DNA of 64,000 bases from a virus (IMGVR_UViG_3300014205_000181:1-64000); one strand, 5' to 3'; counted from the stretch's first letter, positions 1 to 10,845 are shown. The notes: generated by a model not told the origin, from the sequence alone. A program made the numbers and translations.

Positions 1-238
1 CATCTTTCTTGAATAAATCGAGTTTATATTTATTTTCCTGATTATATATTTTAATAAGTTCAGTCCTCTTTTCTATCTGTTCCTTGTTAAATGCTGATAA
101 ATAGAAACCACATTCAATGCAAAATTTTACCCCAGCACCGGAATAATTACCGCAATGAGGGCAACTATTTGATACAGGTGGTGGATATTTAGCTTCGCTA
201 ACATAATAACCATTTTTAAGTTTTTCGTAAATATTCAT
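1..238 (-). CDS. Zinc-ribbon protein (partial, runs off window)
   Basis: Manual translation MNIYEKLKNGYY...CPHCG...CIECG; two CxxC pairs. Confidence 0.55.
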   Translation of the reverse strand, partial: MNIYEKLKNGYYVSEAKYPPPVSNSCPHCGNYSGAGVKFCIECGFYLSAFNKEQIEKRTELIKIYNQENKYKLDLFKKD

Positions 239-293
239 GGTGTTTATCCTTCGCAATTTCACCAACAATTTAGCAAACAATTTCATCTACAAT

Positions 294-995
294 TTAGCAA
301 GCAAATAAATCAGGGAGTTCAGCCTTCCCGTCAATCTCAGGAATATATTCCATATCAATTACTAATTCCCTCTGGTCTGATAAAACCAAGAGTTTATTAA
401 CTGGCAAGATTACATCATCAAGCCTCTTGTATCTACCCCTGTAGTCCCTTATGGACCTTTTTAAGTCTGTTCCATTGGTCGTCATATTGAGCTTCACCGT
501 TTTCAAAAGCCAGACGCCAATTATTGAACAAAGTGTACTATTGTATTCTTTTATATTAGATGTCGAAAGTACGACATAATTATTACTATGGTTGAGAAAA
601 GAGGCAAACGCTTTTACTTCTGACACCTTAGCTCTGTCCGACAGCCCAAGCAAATGGACCTCATCGAGAAAAAAAATGGAATTGGTCTTATCGCTTAAAT
701 GAGAAATACAAGAAACTTCAATTGCTTTTAGGTTTTTAGTTGCCCATTCTTGTGTTCGTTCTGTCAATCCATAAGTATAAATTTGAACACTTGGACAAAG
801 ATCATGAAAATTTTTCAACAGATACATTATCGAATTGGTCTTCCCGCTTGAGCCAACACCAGCCAATCCAGCTACGCGAACCCCTTCTGAGAATACTTGC
901 CTTAGTATAGGCTCTTGTTTCACAGCCATGCTTGAGACCGGAACAGCCGGAACACTTGGGGCGACTTCTTTTTTTGATTTCAATGTCCCGGCCAT
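294..995 (-). CDS. Small P-loop NTPase
   Basis: Walker A GVGSSGKT, Walker B IFFLDE. Confidence 0.65.
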   Translation of the reverse strand: MAGTLKSKKEVAPSVPAVPVSSMAVKQEPILRQVFSEGVRVAGLAGVGSSGKTNSIMYLLKNFHDLCPSVQIYTYGLTERTQEWATKNLKAIEVSCISHLSDKTNSIFFLDEVHLLGLSDRAKVSEVKAFASFLNHSNNYVVLSTSNIKEYNSTLCSIIGVWLLKTVKLNMTTNGTDLKRSIRDYRGRYKRLDDVILPVNKLLVLSDQRELVIDMEYIPEIDGKAELPDLFAC

Positions 996-1037
996 GATAA
1001 TACCTCTTTAATTTGTATTAATAAAAGTTTTGTTAAT

Positions 1038-1242
1038 CAACAATGGCAGGACTCGAACCTGCATAGGTCTTATGTGCTTCTCGATTCGGTCTTTGCAGTA
1101 TAGAGGAAATATCTGCATGAGCCTAAGTCTTACATCAATGCCTTTATCAACCAACCCCTACTGGCCCAGATTCGCATCTCTAAATGCCCCGGTTTCCGTC
1201 TACTCATTGGCCTATAGCGTCTACCAATTCCGCCACACTGTT
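1038..1242 (-). ncRNA. tRNA-like RNA (Leu-type D and T arms) with a 143-nt insert in place of the anticodon loop and variable arm
   Basis: Minus strand: AACAGTG-TG-GCGGAATTGGTAGACGC-T-ATAGG-[143 nt]-CCTAT-GCAGGTTCGAGTCCTGC-CATTGTT-G; acceptor, D and T arms pair; sigma70 promoter immediately upstream. Confidence 0.8.
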
Positions 1243-1257
1243 GATTTCGTTATAGAT

Positions 1258-1286
1258 ATAATACAAAACTCTTAAGAGAATGTCAA
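1258..1286 (-). promoter_or_regulatory. sigma70 early-type promoter
   Basis: TTGACA-17-TATTAT with extended TG; spacer contains TTAAGAGTTTTG, shared with sister promoters. Confidence 0.75.
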
Positions 1287-1780
1287 CGAATTTCCTTAAA
1301 TTTAATCATCGCTTTTGCTCTTTCAATAGCGTCTTCTTTATTCAGATAAACTAAACCAGATTCCAAATGAACTATATCAAATGGAGAACCGTCCCAACCA
1401 TAATCCTCACAAAAATCATCTTCATCCGTACCGGAACATCCACTTATAGCTACGACCTGTGGCACATAATAATCATCACCAAATCTAGGCTCCTTCGTTT
1501 CCGGGGCAGGAACTTCAATCCCGTTTACGAGAATACTTTTCTTAGGATAAATAATTTTGTATAAGTCAATGCAAGCACACGAATCAAATCCCGCTGTTTC
1601 ACAAACACAACCATCATAAAAGCATCAATTATTCTCTTGTCTATACCCGCTTTTTCATAGCATTAGATACGGAACCAAGAATGAAGAAAGCGTTTCCGTC
1701 TTTCTCGGTTAATTTAACTTTTACCCCTTCACAAATAGGCATAAGCCCTCCCTTTGCAATTAGTATGTTTAGAAAAATAA

Positions 1781-2092
1781 TTACGGCTTAATGGCATCTA
1801 CCGCTTTAAGATTATAAATATGGTACTCATTCCCCCACCTCTGCAAACATCCAAGATAGGTAATTCCGTTATCGGGAACCTTATTAACTACATACCATAC
1901 ATGCGCTCCTCCATAATTCCAATTAACAGGAAATGTAAACCCGTATTGGTATCCTTCATATCCAATAATTTTAAATCCAGCTTGGCCCCAAACCCCTTCC
2001 GCATTTCCCTTAACATTTTCAAGATTGCTAGACGAACAACCAGACAACATTAGAACACCAACCAACAGCACAAACAGAATAATTTTCTTCAT
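1781..2092 (-). CDS. Putative lipoprotein
   Basis: MKK, hydrophobic stretch, lipobox LSGC. Confidence 0.65.
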   Translation of the reverse strand: MKKIILFVLLVGVLMLSGCSSSNLENVKGNAEGVWGQAGFKIIGYEGYQYGFTFPVNWNYGGAHVWYVVNKVPDNGITYLGCLQRWGNEYHIYNLKAVDAIKP

Positions 2093-2117
2093 TTTCTTTC
2101 TCCAATTTATTAAAGTT

Positions 2118-2474
2118 TTAAACGCCTTTTACTACACTCTTCTTAGGAGTAGCTTTAATTGCCGCTTTCGGAGTCTGCATTACTTTCTTCTTAGCTGTTG
2201 CGGCTGCTTTACCAACAATAGATTCCTGTACTTTATCAACCTTCTTGGCCTGTACAGGAGGATTTTTCAGCGTCAGATTAAAAGAAATATTCTCCTGTAC
2301 TTCATAAATTGCTGAGGTTCTTCCACGCTGCTTATCGCGTTTCTCCAACTTCCCAATCTGTTTTGCAGAACCATTCGCTTTAGCGTATTTCATAAACAAA
2401 TTCGCATCTACGATTCCCAACTTTTCGCCGTTCAACAAACATTCCTCTGCCAACTGCTTAATTGTTACCTGCAT
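2118..2474 (-). CDS. Hypothetical basic protein with a histone-like K/A-rich C-terminus
   Basis: ORF with GGAG RBS; KAAATAKKK...TPKAAIKATPKK. Confidence 0.55.
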   Translation of the reverse strand: MQVTIKQLAEECLLNGEKLGIVDANLFMKYAKANGSAKQIGKLEKRDKQRGRTSAIYEVQENISFNLTLKNPPVQAKKVDKVQESIVGKAAATAKKKVMQTPKAAIKATPKKSVVKGV

Positions 2475-2518
2475 TTTGTTTCTCCCTTTGATTTTGTGGT
2501 TATACTTTCTTCAAATTA

Positions 2519-3199
2519 TTAATATTTATTTGACTTTCCAGAATTACAGTTAAAACATAGAGTTTGTAGGTTACTCTCTTCTGTTTCTCCTCCTTTCTCC
2601 CATGGAATTTTATGATCAACCTGCAACCGAGTCCCAATGTTTAATGCAGGAGAGTCTCCACATTTGACACATCTAAAATTATCTCTTTTTAAAACAAAAT
2701 ATCTCAAGGAAAGATTAATATTCCTATTAGTTTTATGGACGACGCTAATAGATTTTTCAATATTATTTTCGGCAAGGTCGAGTTTTATTTCTTCAATTGG
2801 TATTGAGCATTTCCACGACATGAATTCAAGACAAATCTCATACCAATTCTTTTTAAATGTTCTCCTATATTGCGAACATGATATAGGAGAAAGAGGTTGT
2901 TTCATTTCTTTTGACCGAGGCTGCCTTCCAATTTCTTCCCAGACTTTGTTTAAATTAATGAATAATAATTCTTTTGTTGTTCTTTTATTATATTTCGGTT
3001 CAAGTTCTGCCTTTTTACAAAAATCATGCCACGTTTTAAAAATTCTTTGAATTGTTCCTTCTGATATACTCATCCAAGTACAAAATTGCGCAGATGATAT
3101 ATTTTTAATTTTATTGTCATTTGCATATTTTTTAAGAGCGGTCAGTAGCTCTTCCTCGGTATATGTATTGTACCTTTTTATTTCTAAATTTCCTTTCAC
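2519..3199 (-). CDS. HNH endonuclease with N-terminal homing-endonuclease-associated repeats
   Basis: RDNFRCVKCG...LQVDHKIPWEKGG...NLQTLCFNCNSGK. Confidence 0.9.
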   Translation of the reverse strand: MKGNLEIKRYNTYTEEELLTALKKYANDNKIKNISSAQFCTWMSISEGTIQRIFKTWHDFCKKAELEPKYNKRTTKELLFINLNKVWEEIGRQPRSKEMKQPLSPISCSQYRRTFKKNWYEICLEFMSWKCSIPIEEIKLDLAENNIEKSISVVHKTNRNINLSLRYFVLKRDNFRCVKCGDSPALNIGTRLQVDHKIPWEKGGETEESNLQTLCFNCNSGKSNKY

Positions 3200-3384
3200 T
3201 ACTCCTCCTTCTCTCGATACCCTCCATCAAATGCTCGTATAAGTTTTGCTACAGGTTCGGGAATTTGCTTTTCATTTCTGATATAGCCGTGTATAGTTCT
3301 TTCTCCAACCCCAATTCTTTTAGCTAATTCTCTCTTGTTCCAGCCAAGTCGTTTCCTAATTTCGTCCATTTCTATATAATTCAT
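3199..3384 (-). CDS. XRE-family HTH protein
   Basis: RKRLGWNKRELAKRIGVGERTIHGY; translationally coupled to the HNH gene. Confidence 0.85.
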   Translation of the reverse strand: MNYIEMDEIRKRLGWNKRELAKRIGVGERTIHGYIRNEKQIPEPVAKLIRAFDGGYREKEE

Positions 3385-3402
3385 ATTTCCTCCTTAATAT
3401 AT

Positions 3403-3432
3403 CTTATCGGCATAATGTATGCAATACTTTAA
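3403..3432 (-). promoter_or_regulatory. sigma28/FliA-like promoter
   Basis: TTAAAGTATTGCATACATTATGCCGATAAG (TAAA-N16-GCCGATAA). Confidence 0.75.
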
Positions 3433-4232
3433 CATTATTTTGGTTAGTGGACAAATTATTTTACATTATCAACGAATTGATAACGGAAGTACGCGACTCT
3501 TCTTAGCCAAGCGGCTTATTTTATGCGCTAGCGATTTAAGGATGCCAATGCAACCCACATTATCAAATTATTAATAAATCTGTTTCAGTCCCTTAATCTC
3601 ATTTTCTAGACTCACTGATTTTTCTTTGATTCCATTTTCTTCGTCCATAGTGGTAAAACTAGGGCAGTCAAGATCATAAACTCTTACATCTAAAATTTCA
3701 TCGGAGTGAACTGCCTGAACTATACCCCCTTCAATATGGATAATTACCCTTGTCATTTTCTTCCCTCTATTTAGTGGTGGGCCATTTTCATCTTCCCCGG
3801 CCCAGATAATCCGTCCAGATAATCCGTTCATAAATTCTCCTTATAATGACTTCTGGATTTCAGAACGTAAGCGTTCTACTTCCCCAGCCCAATAAGACAA
3901 ACCGTGAAAATCAACGTTGCTGTTTGCGTGTTCAACTAGCCATATTACACTCTTTTTCGCATATTCCAGTTTTTCTATCAACGTGTTCATAAATTCCTCC
4001 TTTATATCCTTAAAGCTTGTCGCTATGATGATAAGATCCTTCTCCTAAATAAACCCTATCCCCATTGCTCCATTCGGAACTAAGAGCTTTACAAGTCAAT
4101 CCTTTTCCTAATTGGACTTGTGCAACAAAAGCGGAAACTGATACGCCATAAATATCTATATAAATAAATTCAGTTCCTTTCATAGCTAGGACTTCTTCAG
4201 GTGTAAGATCGTTCATTTTGTTCTCCTTATTT

Positions 4233-4544
4233 TTAATCATTCATTTGTTTTGTACAAAGAACATACCACATATCTCTGAATTCAGAGATAACAACCCCTG
4301 TATTATGCCTATTGGAATATTGCGGATATTCATAAGCGTTCAGAATAATAGTCTCGAACAATTTACTCCCATTTGCTGCTTGGATTAGACTTGAAAGGGG
4401 GACGCCTTGTTGTCTTGCGTGCATTGCTTTTTCGGCATAAATAGAAACATGACGACAAAAACTCTCATTGCTTTCCGCAAAAGAATTTGAATAAGTAAAA
4501 ACTGTCAAAATGATAATTACTATTTTTAAAGTTTTCATCGTCAT
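4233..4544 (-). CDS. Hypothetical secreted protein
   Basis: N-terminal signal peptide ending SFA. Confidence 0.55.
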   Translation of the reverse strand: MTMKTLKIVIIILTVFTYSNSFAESNESFCRHVSIYAEKAMHARQQGVPLSSLIQAANGSKLFETIILNAYEYPQYSNRHNTGVVISEFRDMWYVLCTKQMND

Positions 4545-4575
4545 CCCCTTGAATTGGAATTAACCTATTACAGCT

Positions 4576-4604
4576 ATTGTACAAAACTCTTAATGCTTTG
4601 TCAA
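4576..4604 (-). promoter_or_regulatory. sigma70 early-type promoter
   Basis: TTGACA-17-TACAAT; spacer contains TTAAGAGTTTTG. Confidence 0.75.
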
Positions 4605-4694
4605 CGTTTTATTTCTCCCATCTCGGTCTTGAAGTACTGCAACCATTCAGTCAGGGCAATCTCTTACATCATCGAGAAATATTTTCATTTTAAT

Positions 4695-5000
4695 CTACTT
4701 TAATTTATTTTCAATTAGTTCTTCAATCCCTTCTGTCAACTCTCTTACTTTTTCTTCAAACGGATCTAGAATATCATTTTTCATCTCTTGAACCATTTTC
4801 TTAGCTTCTTTTTCTACCAACCCATCGAATTCTTCCTCTAGTCTCGACAACGCTTTTTCTGGATTTATTTCTACTCCATTTATCTGCATTGTAATAACTC
4901 TCGGGATGCTCTTTATCTCTTCCGTTATATCTATTCCAGACAATGCAGAAATCATAAACCAATGATGAAATGATTTTGTGTCAGTAAATTTATTTTCCAT
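4695..5000 (-). CDS. Hypothetical protein
   Basis: ORF with AGGAGG RBS. Confidence 0.6.
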   Translation of the reverse strand: MENKFTDTKSFHHWFMISALSGIDITEEIKSIPRVITMQINGVEINPEKALSRLEEEFDGLVEKEAKKMVQEMKNDILDPFEEKVRELTEGIEELIENKLK

Positions 5001-5156
5001 TTAATCCTCCTTTAATTATTATTCCAATAATCTGAGATGAATTTCATTTGTTCGGCGTATGCTTCACACCATGACATCAATCCGGGTTGAGGATCAGAAA
5101 GAAGAGAATTTAAAATCTTAACCCTATCTTGAAGGTCCATAAATTTAACTGTCATT

Positions 5157-5366
5157 TTAATTCTCCTCGTTAATATCTTCATCCTCAAGACCTTCCGCAA
5201 CTTGTCTACACAAACGGACGAACCTTTTCATACCTGCGGCTTCGTATTCTGAAGAAGCATATTTAATCATTTTCCAAATATCCCAATCGTTCTCATTCAG
5301 GACATTAATACAATCCGCAATATCTTTACTCGTATTTTCAAACCGGCAATAGCTCATGTTAGGCAT
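5157..5366 (-). CDS. Hypothetical phage protein
   Basis: N-terminus MPNMSYCRFENT, a motif common in small phage proteins; RBS present. Confidence 0.6.
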   Translation of the reverse strand: MPNMSYCRFENTSKDIADCINVLNENDWDIWKMIKYASSEYEAAGMKRFVRLCRQVAEGLEDEDINEEN

Positions 5367-5375
5367 AGTTCTCTC

Positions 5376-6077
5376 CTATTTAATTTGAATTATATCTTTA
5401 TACAAAGCATGAAAAATCCCATCTATATTTTCATCTTCGTGAAAATGACCAAAAAACATTTTTCTGAATGAAACAAATTGAATTATCTCTTCAAAATACT
5501 TATTTAAATTTTCCAGCTTATCACCATAAGAGACACCGCAAATAGTACCTAATCTTTTCAAAACAGAAATAGGACAAGTATGCCCTACAATATAATCAAC
5601 TTTATTCCCTACTTTCTCAAGATTATCTAACCCTTCTGACAATTCTTGATAATTAGGTTCTTCTTCAGCCCACCATGAAATCCATTCTGTCCTATGCTGT
5701 TTATCAATACTTTTCGCGCCACCCATTACGAAGAAAGTATTTTCGTTTATATTGTAAACTTGTCCTCTTCGTAAATGAAAAATTGAATCGTGTACTTGGC
5801 CTACAATGCCACCGAATTTTTCTACCCTGGGAAGATTGTTTAAACGGGTGAAATTGCAATGATTACCATCGCAAAATACTGTTGTCCATGGGCGATCATT
5901 CAGCCAATTCAACCAATACGTTTCGTCTTTATCTGGGGTGTTGAGCCAAATCCCACCGAAATCTCCTGTGATAATGCAGACATCTTCTTTTGTCAGGATT
6001 CTACCCAAAGGCCAATTCTTAAAGCTGAATCGTTTAAAGTAGCCGTGGGTATCACCTGAGATAAAAATCTTGTTCAT
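5376..6077 (-). CDS. Calcineurin-like metallophosphoesterase
   Basis: GDTHG, GDFG, DGNH, HTCP, FGHFH motifs. Confidence 0.9.
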   Translation of the reverse strand: MNKIFISGDTHGYFKRFSFKNWPLGRILTKEDVCIITGDFGGIWLNTPDKDETYWLNWLNDRPWTTVFCDGNHCNFTRLNNLPRVEKFGGIVGQVHDSIFHLRRGQVYNINENTFFVMGGAKSIDKQHRTEWISWWAEEEPNYQELSEGLDNLEKVGNKVDYIVGHTCPISVLKRLGTICGVSYGDKLENLNKYFEEIIQFVSFRKMFFGHFHEDENIDGIFHALYKDIIQIK

Positions 6078-6247
6078 ACCGTATCCTAATGAAGATTCTC
6101 AATTAACCTAATATCCATGCCATGTAATCCTGTTTCCTTTATAAATTTCTCGATTGTTTCCCAAATATTATCATTAGTTTTCGATTCCCAAACAGTGCCG
6201 TTGTAGCAAGTAATTCTATACATAATCTTTTCTTCTTAATGAAGAGT

Positions 6248-6276
6248 ACTATACAAAATTTATAAGAAAATTACAA
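6248..6276 (-). promoter_or_regulatory. sigma70 early-type promoter
   Basis: TTGTAA-17-TATAGT; ~60-bp context nearly duplicated at 8873-8935. Confidence 0.55.
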
Positions 6277-6753
6277 GATATTATTTCTTAATTCAAAAAT
6301 AAATTGCTGGCCTTTATTTAATGTTTTTAAGTTATATCGACAACCCATTGTCTGACATATATTCAAAATCGCCATTGGTTAATTGATCTTCCCGACAACG
6401 TAAATTCAGATAGCCATTCTCTACTTTTTTACTAAAACAATGCAATCCTTCACAGAACCCATACCAGATAAAGAACTATATTTTGTATCAATAAATTCAT
6501 GTTTATAAAAAAGTCCACGGTCCAGGTGTATGTTTCATATATTGTTCCTTTTATATTTCCTAAAATTAGGATGATTCTCAATTTCTGTATTGATTGGAAG
6601 TTCTGCTATTTGAGCATAAACATAAATTTTCTTATATCCCTTACCAATATTTTGACGAGATACTTCGACATCTATACTTCCTATGATTTTTCCTTCCTTA
6701 GTAACTAGATTTACTCTCATTTCTTTGTTTTTCATAATCACTCCTTTTACAAT

Positions 6754-7080
6754 TTAAACAAATGCACAATTTGGTCGCCCTGCATATACTGAGCTAGGAA
6801 CATACATCCCTGTATCTCTTATTTCAGCAAGGCATTCCAAAGATGTATGCGGAGTATGTTTTTTAAAATCAGCACTCAAAACGCAAAATGTCCCGTCTTC
6901 CTCTGTCATTCCTCTACTAGGCGTCCAGCCATTACGGGTATAAGTATCAAGAGACATACACGTAAACCCAATTTTAGGATCGAACTTATTGACATATGCC
7001 TGGATAGTATCACCATCAGGATAAACATAGGTGAACTCGGTTCCTACCATTGCCTTTGCTTCTTCGATTGTTACTTGCAT
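6754..7080 (-). CDS. Hypothetical protein, paralogous to ORF 4010..4240
   Basis: Shared AMxGTEFxY...G..AxV...GxTC pattern. Confidence 0.55.
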   Translation of the reverse strand: MQVTIEEAKAMVGTEFTYVYPDGDTIQAYVNKFDPKIGFTCMSLDTYTRNGWTPSRGMTEEDGTFCVLSADFKKHTPHTSLECLAEIRDTGMYVPSSVYAGRPNCAFV

Positions 7081-7108
7081 TTGTGTTCTCCTTTTCAAAT
7101 TATGGTAT

Positions 7109-7137
7109 ATTCTATAAAATATTTAAAACTTTGTCAA
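7109..7137 (-). promoter_or_regulatory. sigma70 early-type promoter
   Basis: TTGACA-17-TAGAAT. Confidence 0.65.
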
Positions 7138-7140
7138 TGG

Positions 7141-7860
7141 TTATTTGATTTTCAACATAATAGCTTCTTGCACGTATTCAGGCAAGCATTTAATTCTTTC
7201 TGAATTTATTTCTTTATAATCATAACCCTTAACTTTTGAATCCATATAATTTAAAAGCCATAGGAATGGAGACTTAACCCATTTGGAAAGAAATTCACCA
7301 TTAGCTTCCATTTCATTAATACATAATCTAAACCCCTCTCTTATATCTCTTGATCCCTCGTATACTTCAATTCCATTAATTTCTTCAGCAAAACCGCTAG
7401 AACACCGATCCATTGCGCTTCTAGGGCCTTTATAATTAAAATAGGCCGTTCCGCCATTAATGGAAGTATCATCATGATAAGAATCACAGAATATCAAGAT
7501 TCCATCTCTCCAGAAAATACGATATTTATCTTCCGTCCCTTGAATATCAACACAAGACAACATAATGAATCCCATATTCTCAATTACACCCAAGAATTCC
7601 ATTAATGACTGACCACAATAGGTATCTTTATTTTCAGAAAGGACTTTTCGTTTATTTTGATTATGATCAAGGTGCAAGATAAATCCTAAGTCAGAGGTGA
7701 AACTATCCTTTTTATAACTTTTGCCAGTGATTTTCTCAGCTTCAGAAAGCGGGTCAAAACTCAACAAGGATTTAATGTCGTTCATTTTTTTCCTCCTTAA
7801 ATTGTGGTCTGTCTGCCCCGCATCTAGTACAGAAGTTAAATTCTTTCCAAGAAAATTCAC
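7141..7860 (-). CDS. Hypothetical protein (true start probably the internal MNDIKS)
   Basis: Long ORF; AGGAGG precedes the internal ATG. Confidence 0.6.
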   Translation of the reverse strand: MNFLGKNLTSVLDAGQTDHNLRRKKMNDIKSLLSFDPLSEAEKITGKSYKKDSFTSDLGFILHLDHNQNKRKVLSENKDTYCGQSLMEFLGVIENMGFIMLSCVDIQGTEDKYRIFWRDGILIFCDSYHDDTSINGGTAYFNYKGPRSAMDRCSSGFAEEINGIEVYEGSRDIREGFRLCINEMEANGEFLSKWVKSPFLWLLNYMDSKVKGYDYKEINSERIKCLPEYVQEAIMLKIK

Positions 7861-7890
7861 ATTTACCGCACATATTTCTTTCTCCTTAAA

Positions 7891-8397
7891 TTAAAACCAA
7901 TCTTTTTCACCAGCAGCCTTTTTCTTTTCACGGGCTACATAGAAAGAACTAAGGATTTTAGAAGCATTCTCATTACCAAGAACAATCCAAAAATCATTAT
8001 CAATATCCCACCATATGTCGTACATCTGACGAGCTTCAAGCTTCCTGTTATCCCATCCACCAAATCCAGTAACAGATTCTTTGATTGAAGTCCTCTCTTT
8101 AAGACATATGGGGTTATTACTAATCTGATTATCAACAAATTCCTGAATTTCCTTAAGAGAAACATTTTCAGGATTATGAATTAAACAAAAATGAACATCC
8201 ATTAAATTCTTTGTGCTGAGTTTAGAAATAACGTATTTGTCAAGATTCTTGCAGATACGTTTAAGACTTTTGGGCAATGCTCCGAACTCAAATTCAGCAC
8301 TACCCATATATTCAAAATTTACTAAATCGTCAACTGAAGGACCGTCTTTCTGAGTATTTTTCAATTTACCAATCTGAACCAAGTATGGCGTTTCCAT
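7891..8397 (-). CDS. Conserved phage hypothetical protein
   Basis: YMGSAEFEFGALPKSL motif; RBS. Confidence 0.65.
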   Translation of the reverse strand: METPYLVQIGKLKNTQKDGPSVDDLVNFEYMGSAEFEFGALPKSLKRICKNLDKYVISKLSTKNLMDVHFCLIHNPENVSLKEIQEFVDNQISNNPICLKERTSIKESVTGFGGWDNRKLEARQMYDIWWDIDNDFWIVLGNENASKILSSFYVAREKKKAAGEKDWF

Positions 8398-8872
8398 TAT
8401 TTCTCCTTATTTAAACGACAAAGGGTTAAGTATAGACAATTCTACTTCTAAAATAGGGCTATTTGTGCCGGGCATAAAACTATGTGTAACTCCACAAACG
8501 TATAGAATTTTCCCGCTTTGTGATTGTACCCTATCACCAATCAAGGGGCGACAGCACATTTCAGTAGGAAATCGCGCTCTTTGATAGTCATCCAAATTTG
8601 TGCGGCAATGGGTTTTAATGTTCATGACTTTCTCCGCTGCTTTCATTTTATTCCTCCTATTCTAAATCTAATTTCAAAAACCCTTTCACATTTCAACTAT
8701 GGATGGAATTAAAAATCTTCCCAACTCTTTCTAGTAATTCGTTAGCAGCGTCTTCACGCGATGGCTTTTCATCCCGTTTTAACATCTGAGCGCACACATG
8801 AGCGATACTTTTAAGCAGTTCAAGCTCTTGGTCTACTTCTCTTTGTTCCATGTCCCAATCCCCATTTTCTAT

Positions 8873-8901
8873 ATAGTACAAAAATTATAAGAGAATTGCA
8901 A
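8873..8901 (-). promoter_or_regulatory. sigma70 early-type promoter
   Basis: TTGCAA-17-TACTAT with extended TG. Confidence 0.55.
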
Positions 8902-9686
8902 GATATAATTTCTTAATCAATAAAATAAATTGCTAGGGCTTTTCTAGTGAGAATCTTTATTAATGTTCAAGAATTCCACATAAATCCTTATATGCACCTG
9001 TACAGGAAACATAATTATGTTTCCTCGCAAATTCACCACTTGCCCATATCATCCGGTTATATTTCGAGCAATCTTTTCCAGACAATGAGGTTCTGGCTAA
9101 ATGGTAAAGATTGACCAATTCGGGAACATGAGATAGCTTGACAAAACGTATTTTGTATTCTTCAGAGATATTCATAATATCATTTCCTATCGAAATAAAT
9201 CCCATATAATCACCTCATTTAATTATGGTATGGAGAAATTGGAAATTCCAATCTGAATAGTTTAAAATAAAATCTTCTTCAGCAGATGTACCTGGATTAG
9301 TTATGATTCGACAATTAGCTGACCCTACATCAACAATAGGTCCAACAATTAGATTAGGGCTAAAAGTAGATTTAATCTTTCTTCTAGCGGCAACAGAATC
9401 TCCTATTTTAAGAATATATTTATCCATGATTTACCTTAACAATTCAGGTTGACCAGCAAAGGAAATCCGTAATGCGTTTCTTGATTCTACAAAACAAGTT
9501 GAGGAAAACCATTTAAAACGGTCTTGTTTGCTCTTTCTCTCAGCTTCTCGTCTTGCCCAAAGTAGCCAACCATTTAAACTTCTTTCTTTAGGTTTCCAAT
9601 CTTCACCTCTTATATAATCGCATCCCTGAATTGCTTTCATCTTTTCCCTCAAATTATATTTTAATAACTAATTTTCCCTTTCTCAT

Positions 9687-9715
9687 ATAGTACAAAGTTC
9701 TTAAAAGATTGTCAA
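9687..9715 (-). promoter_or_regulatory. sigma70 early-type promoter
   Basis: TTGACA-17-TACTAT; spacer contains TTAAGAACTTTG. Confidence 0.75.
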
Positions 9716-9834
9716 CAATATTAAATTACAACCACAAATAAAAGTACCTTGATAATCAAACTAATTGGACTTAAAATATAAAGAATAAATTCATGCATCT
9801 AAAAAGAAATTACGAAAGAACTATATTAATAAAT

Positions 9835-9902
9835 GTAAAGATATGTTGATACAGATAATCAATAAAAGTTGATACAAAATAAAAAGTAAAGATATGTTGA
9901 TA
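9835..9902. repeat. 17-bp direct repeat in a non-coding block
   Basis: GTAAAGATATGTTGATA at 9835 and 9886. Confidence 0.7.
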
Positions 9903-10546
9903 TTCCTTTGGCGTATATTGAAGAGTAAAAGAGATATGGTAATGTTATATAAGTTGTCTTTAAAGAAATTATATAATGTATTTTAATTATTAGGTTCGCA
10001 GGTTTCAAGTGTAATTAATTTTATCTTGTTTTCCTGTAAAACCTGTATATGCCGAGCCACACACGTCCCTTTTCTCAATATAAGCTTTAGCATACACCAC
10101 AAAGGACCACAATAAGGCCCATTGCCCCACTTTAACCTATTTTAAAAAATCCAGCAAAATCTTTTTCTCAATTATCCTGTTTTATCTATACAGGTACAAA
10201 GAAGTATTGTATTAAGGTTATTTGTTTTATTATTTAATCAGATTAGAATACAACTAGAATAATGCAGAGGACTACAGGAGGGATTGAAACAATATGAAAC
10301 TATCTTACTTCTTAACACCAAAGAACAATTCACGTGCTTGTATTTCAGTGCTCCAGGGTTTACAATAACCGTATCTGAGCATTAAGGGCTTACACAAGGG
10401 ATAAGCATGTATTGGAGCTAGATCGTCTTTAGGGATTATGTTAAAAGAATTTGTACTAGGGTAATGATAGAAGGCGTGTACTTTGTTTTTTCTTATTAGT
10501 TTGTGCATATATCACCTGATATATATATATCGTATGTAATAATTGT

Positions 10547-10575
10547 TTAAAGTTTCCTTTGTTTATACCGATAAG
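10547..10575 (+). promoter_or_regulatory. sigma28/FliA-like promoter
   Basis: TTAAAGTTT...ACCGATAAG (TAAA-N15-ACCGATAA). Confidence 0.7.
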
Positions 10576-10632
10576 GTGTTCAGGAATGAACGTACAAAGA
10601 TGAACGCGACCAGATATGAACAGGAGAAAACT

Positions 10633-10845
10633 ATGAATAATGAAGAGTTTGAACAAAAACTATTTATTCTCAATTGGGATAATACAGAATCGGCAAATAA
10701 AATTGGTATTAGTAGGACTTCCCTTATTAAATATCTAAAACCTGATACCAAAATACCACGATGGTTAGAAAAATTTTTAGATATGTATATTGAATTAGAG
10801 AAACTTAAACACTCTAAAGTGAAGGGAACAAAGAAAGTTAAATAA
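10633..10845 (+). CDS. Small HTH protein
   Basis: NWDNTESANKIGISRTSLIKY...KIP; AGGAG RBS; resembles the HTHs at 3199 and 18241. Confidence 0.75.
   Translation: MNNEEFEQKLFILNWDNTESANKIGISRTSLIKYLKPDTKIPRWLEKFLDMYIELEKLKHSKVKGTKKVK

Noticed and set aside
1030-1275. 81-aa + strand ORF
   Set aside because: Lies antisense over the tRNA-like element; no RBS
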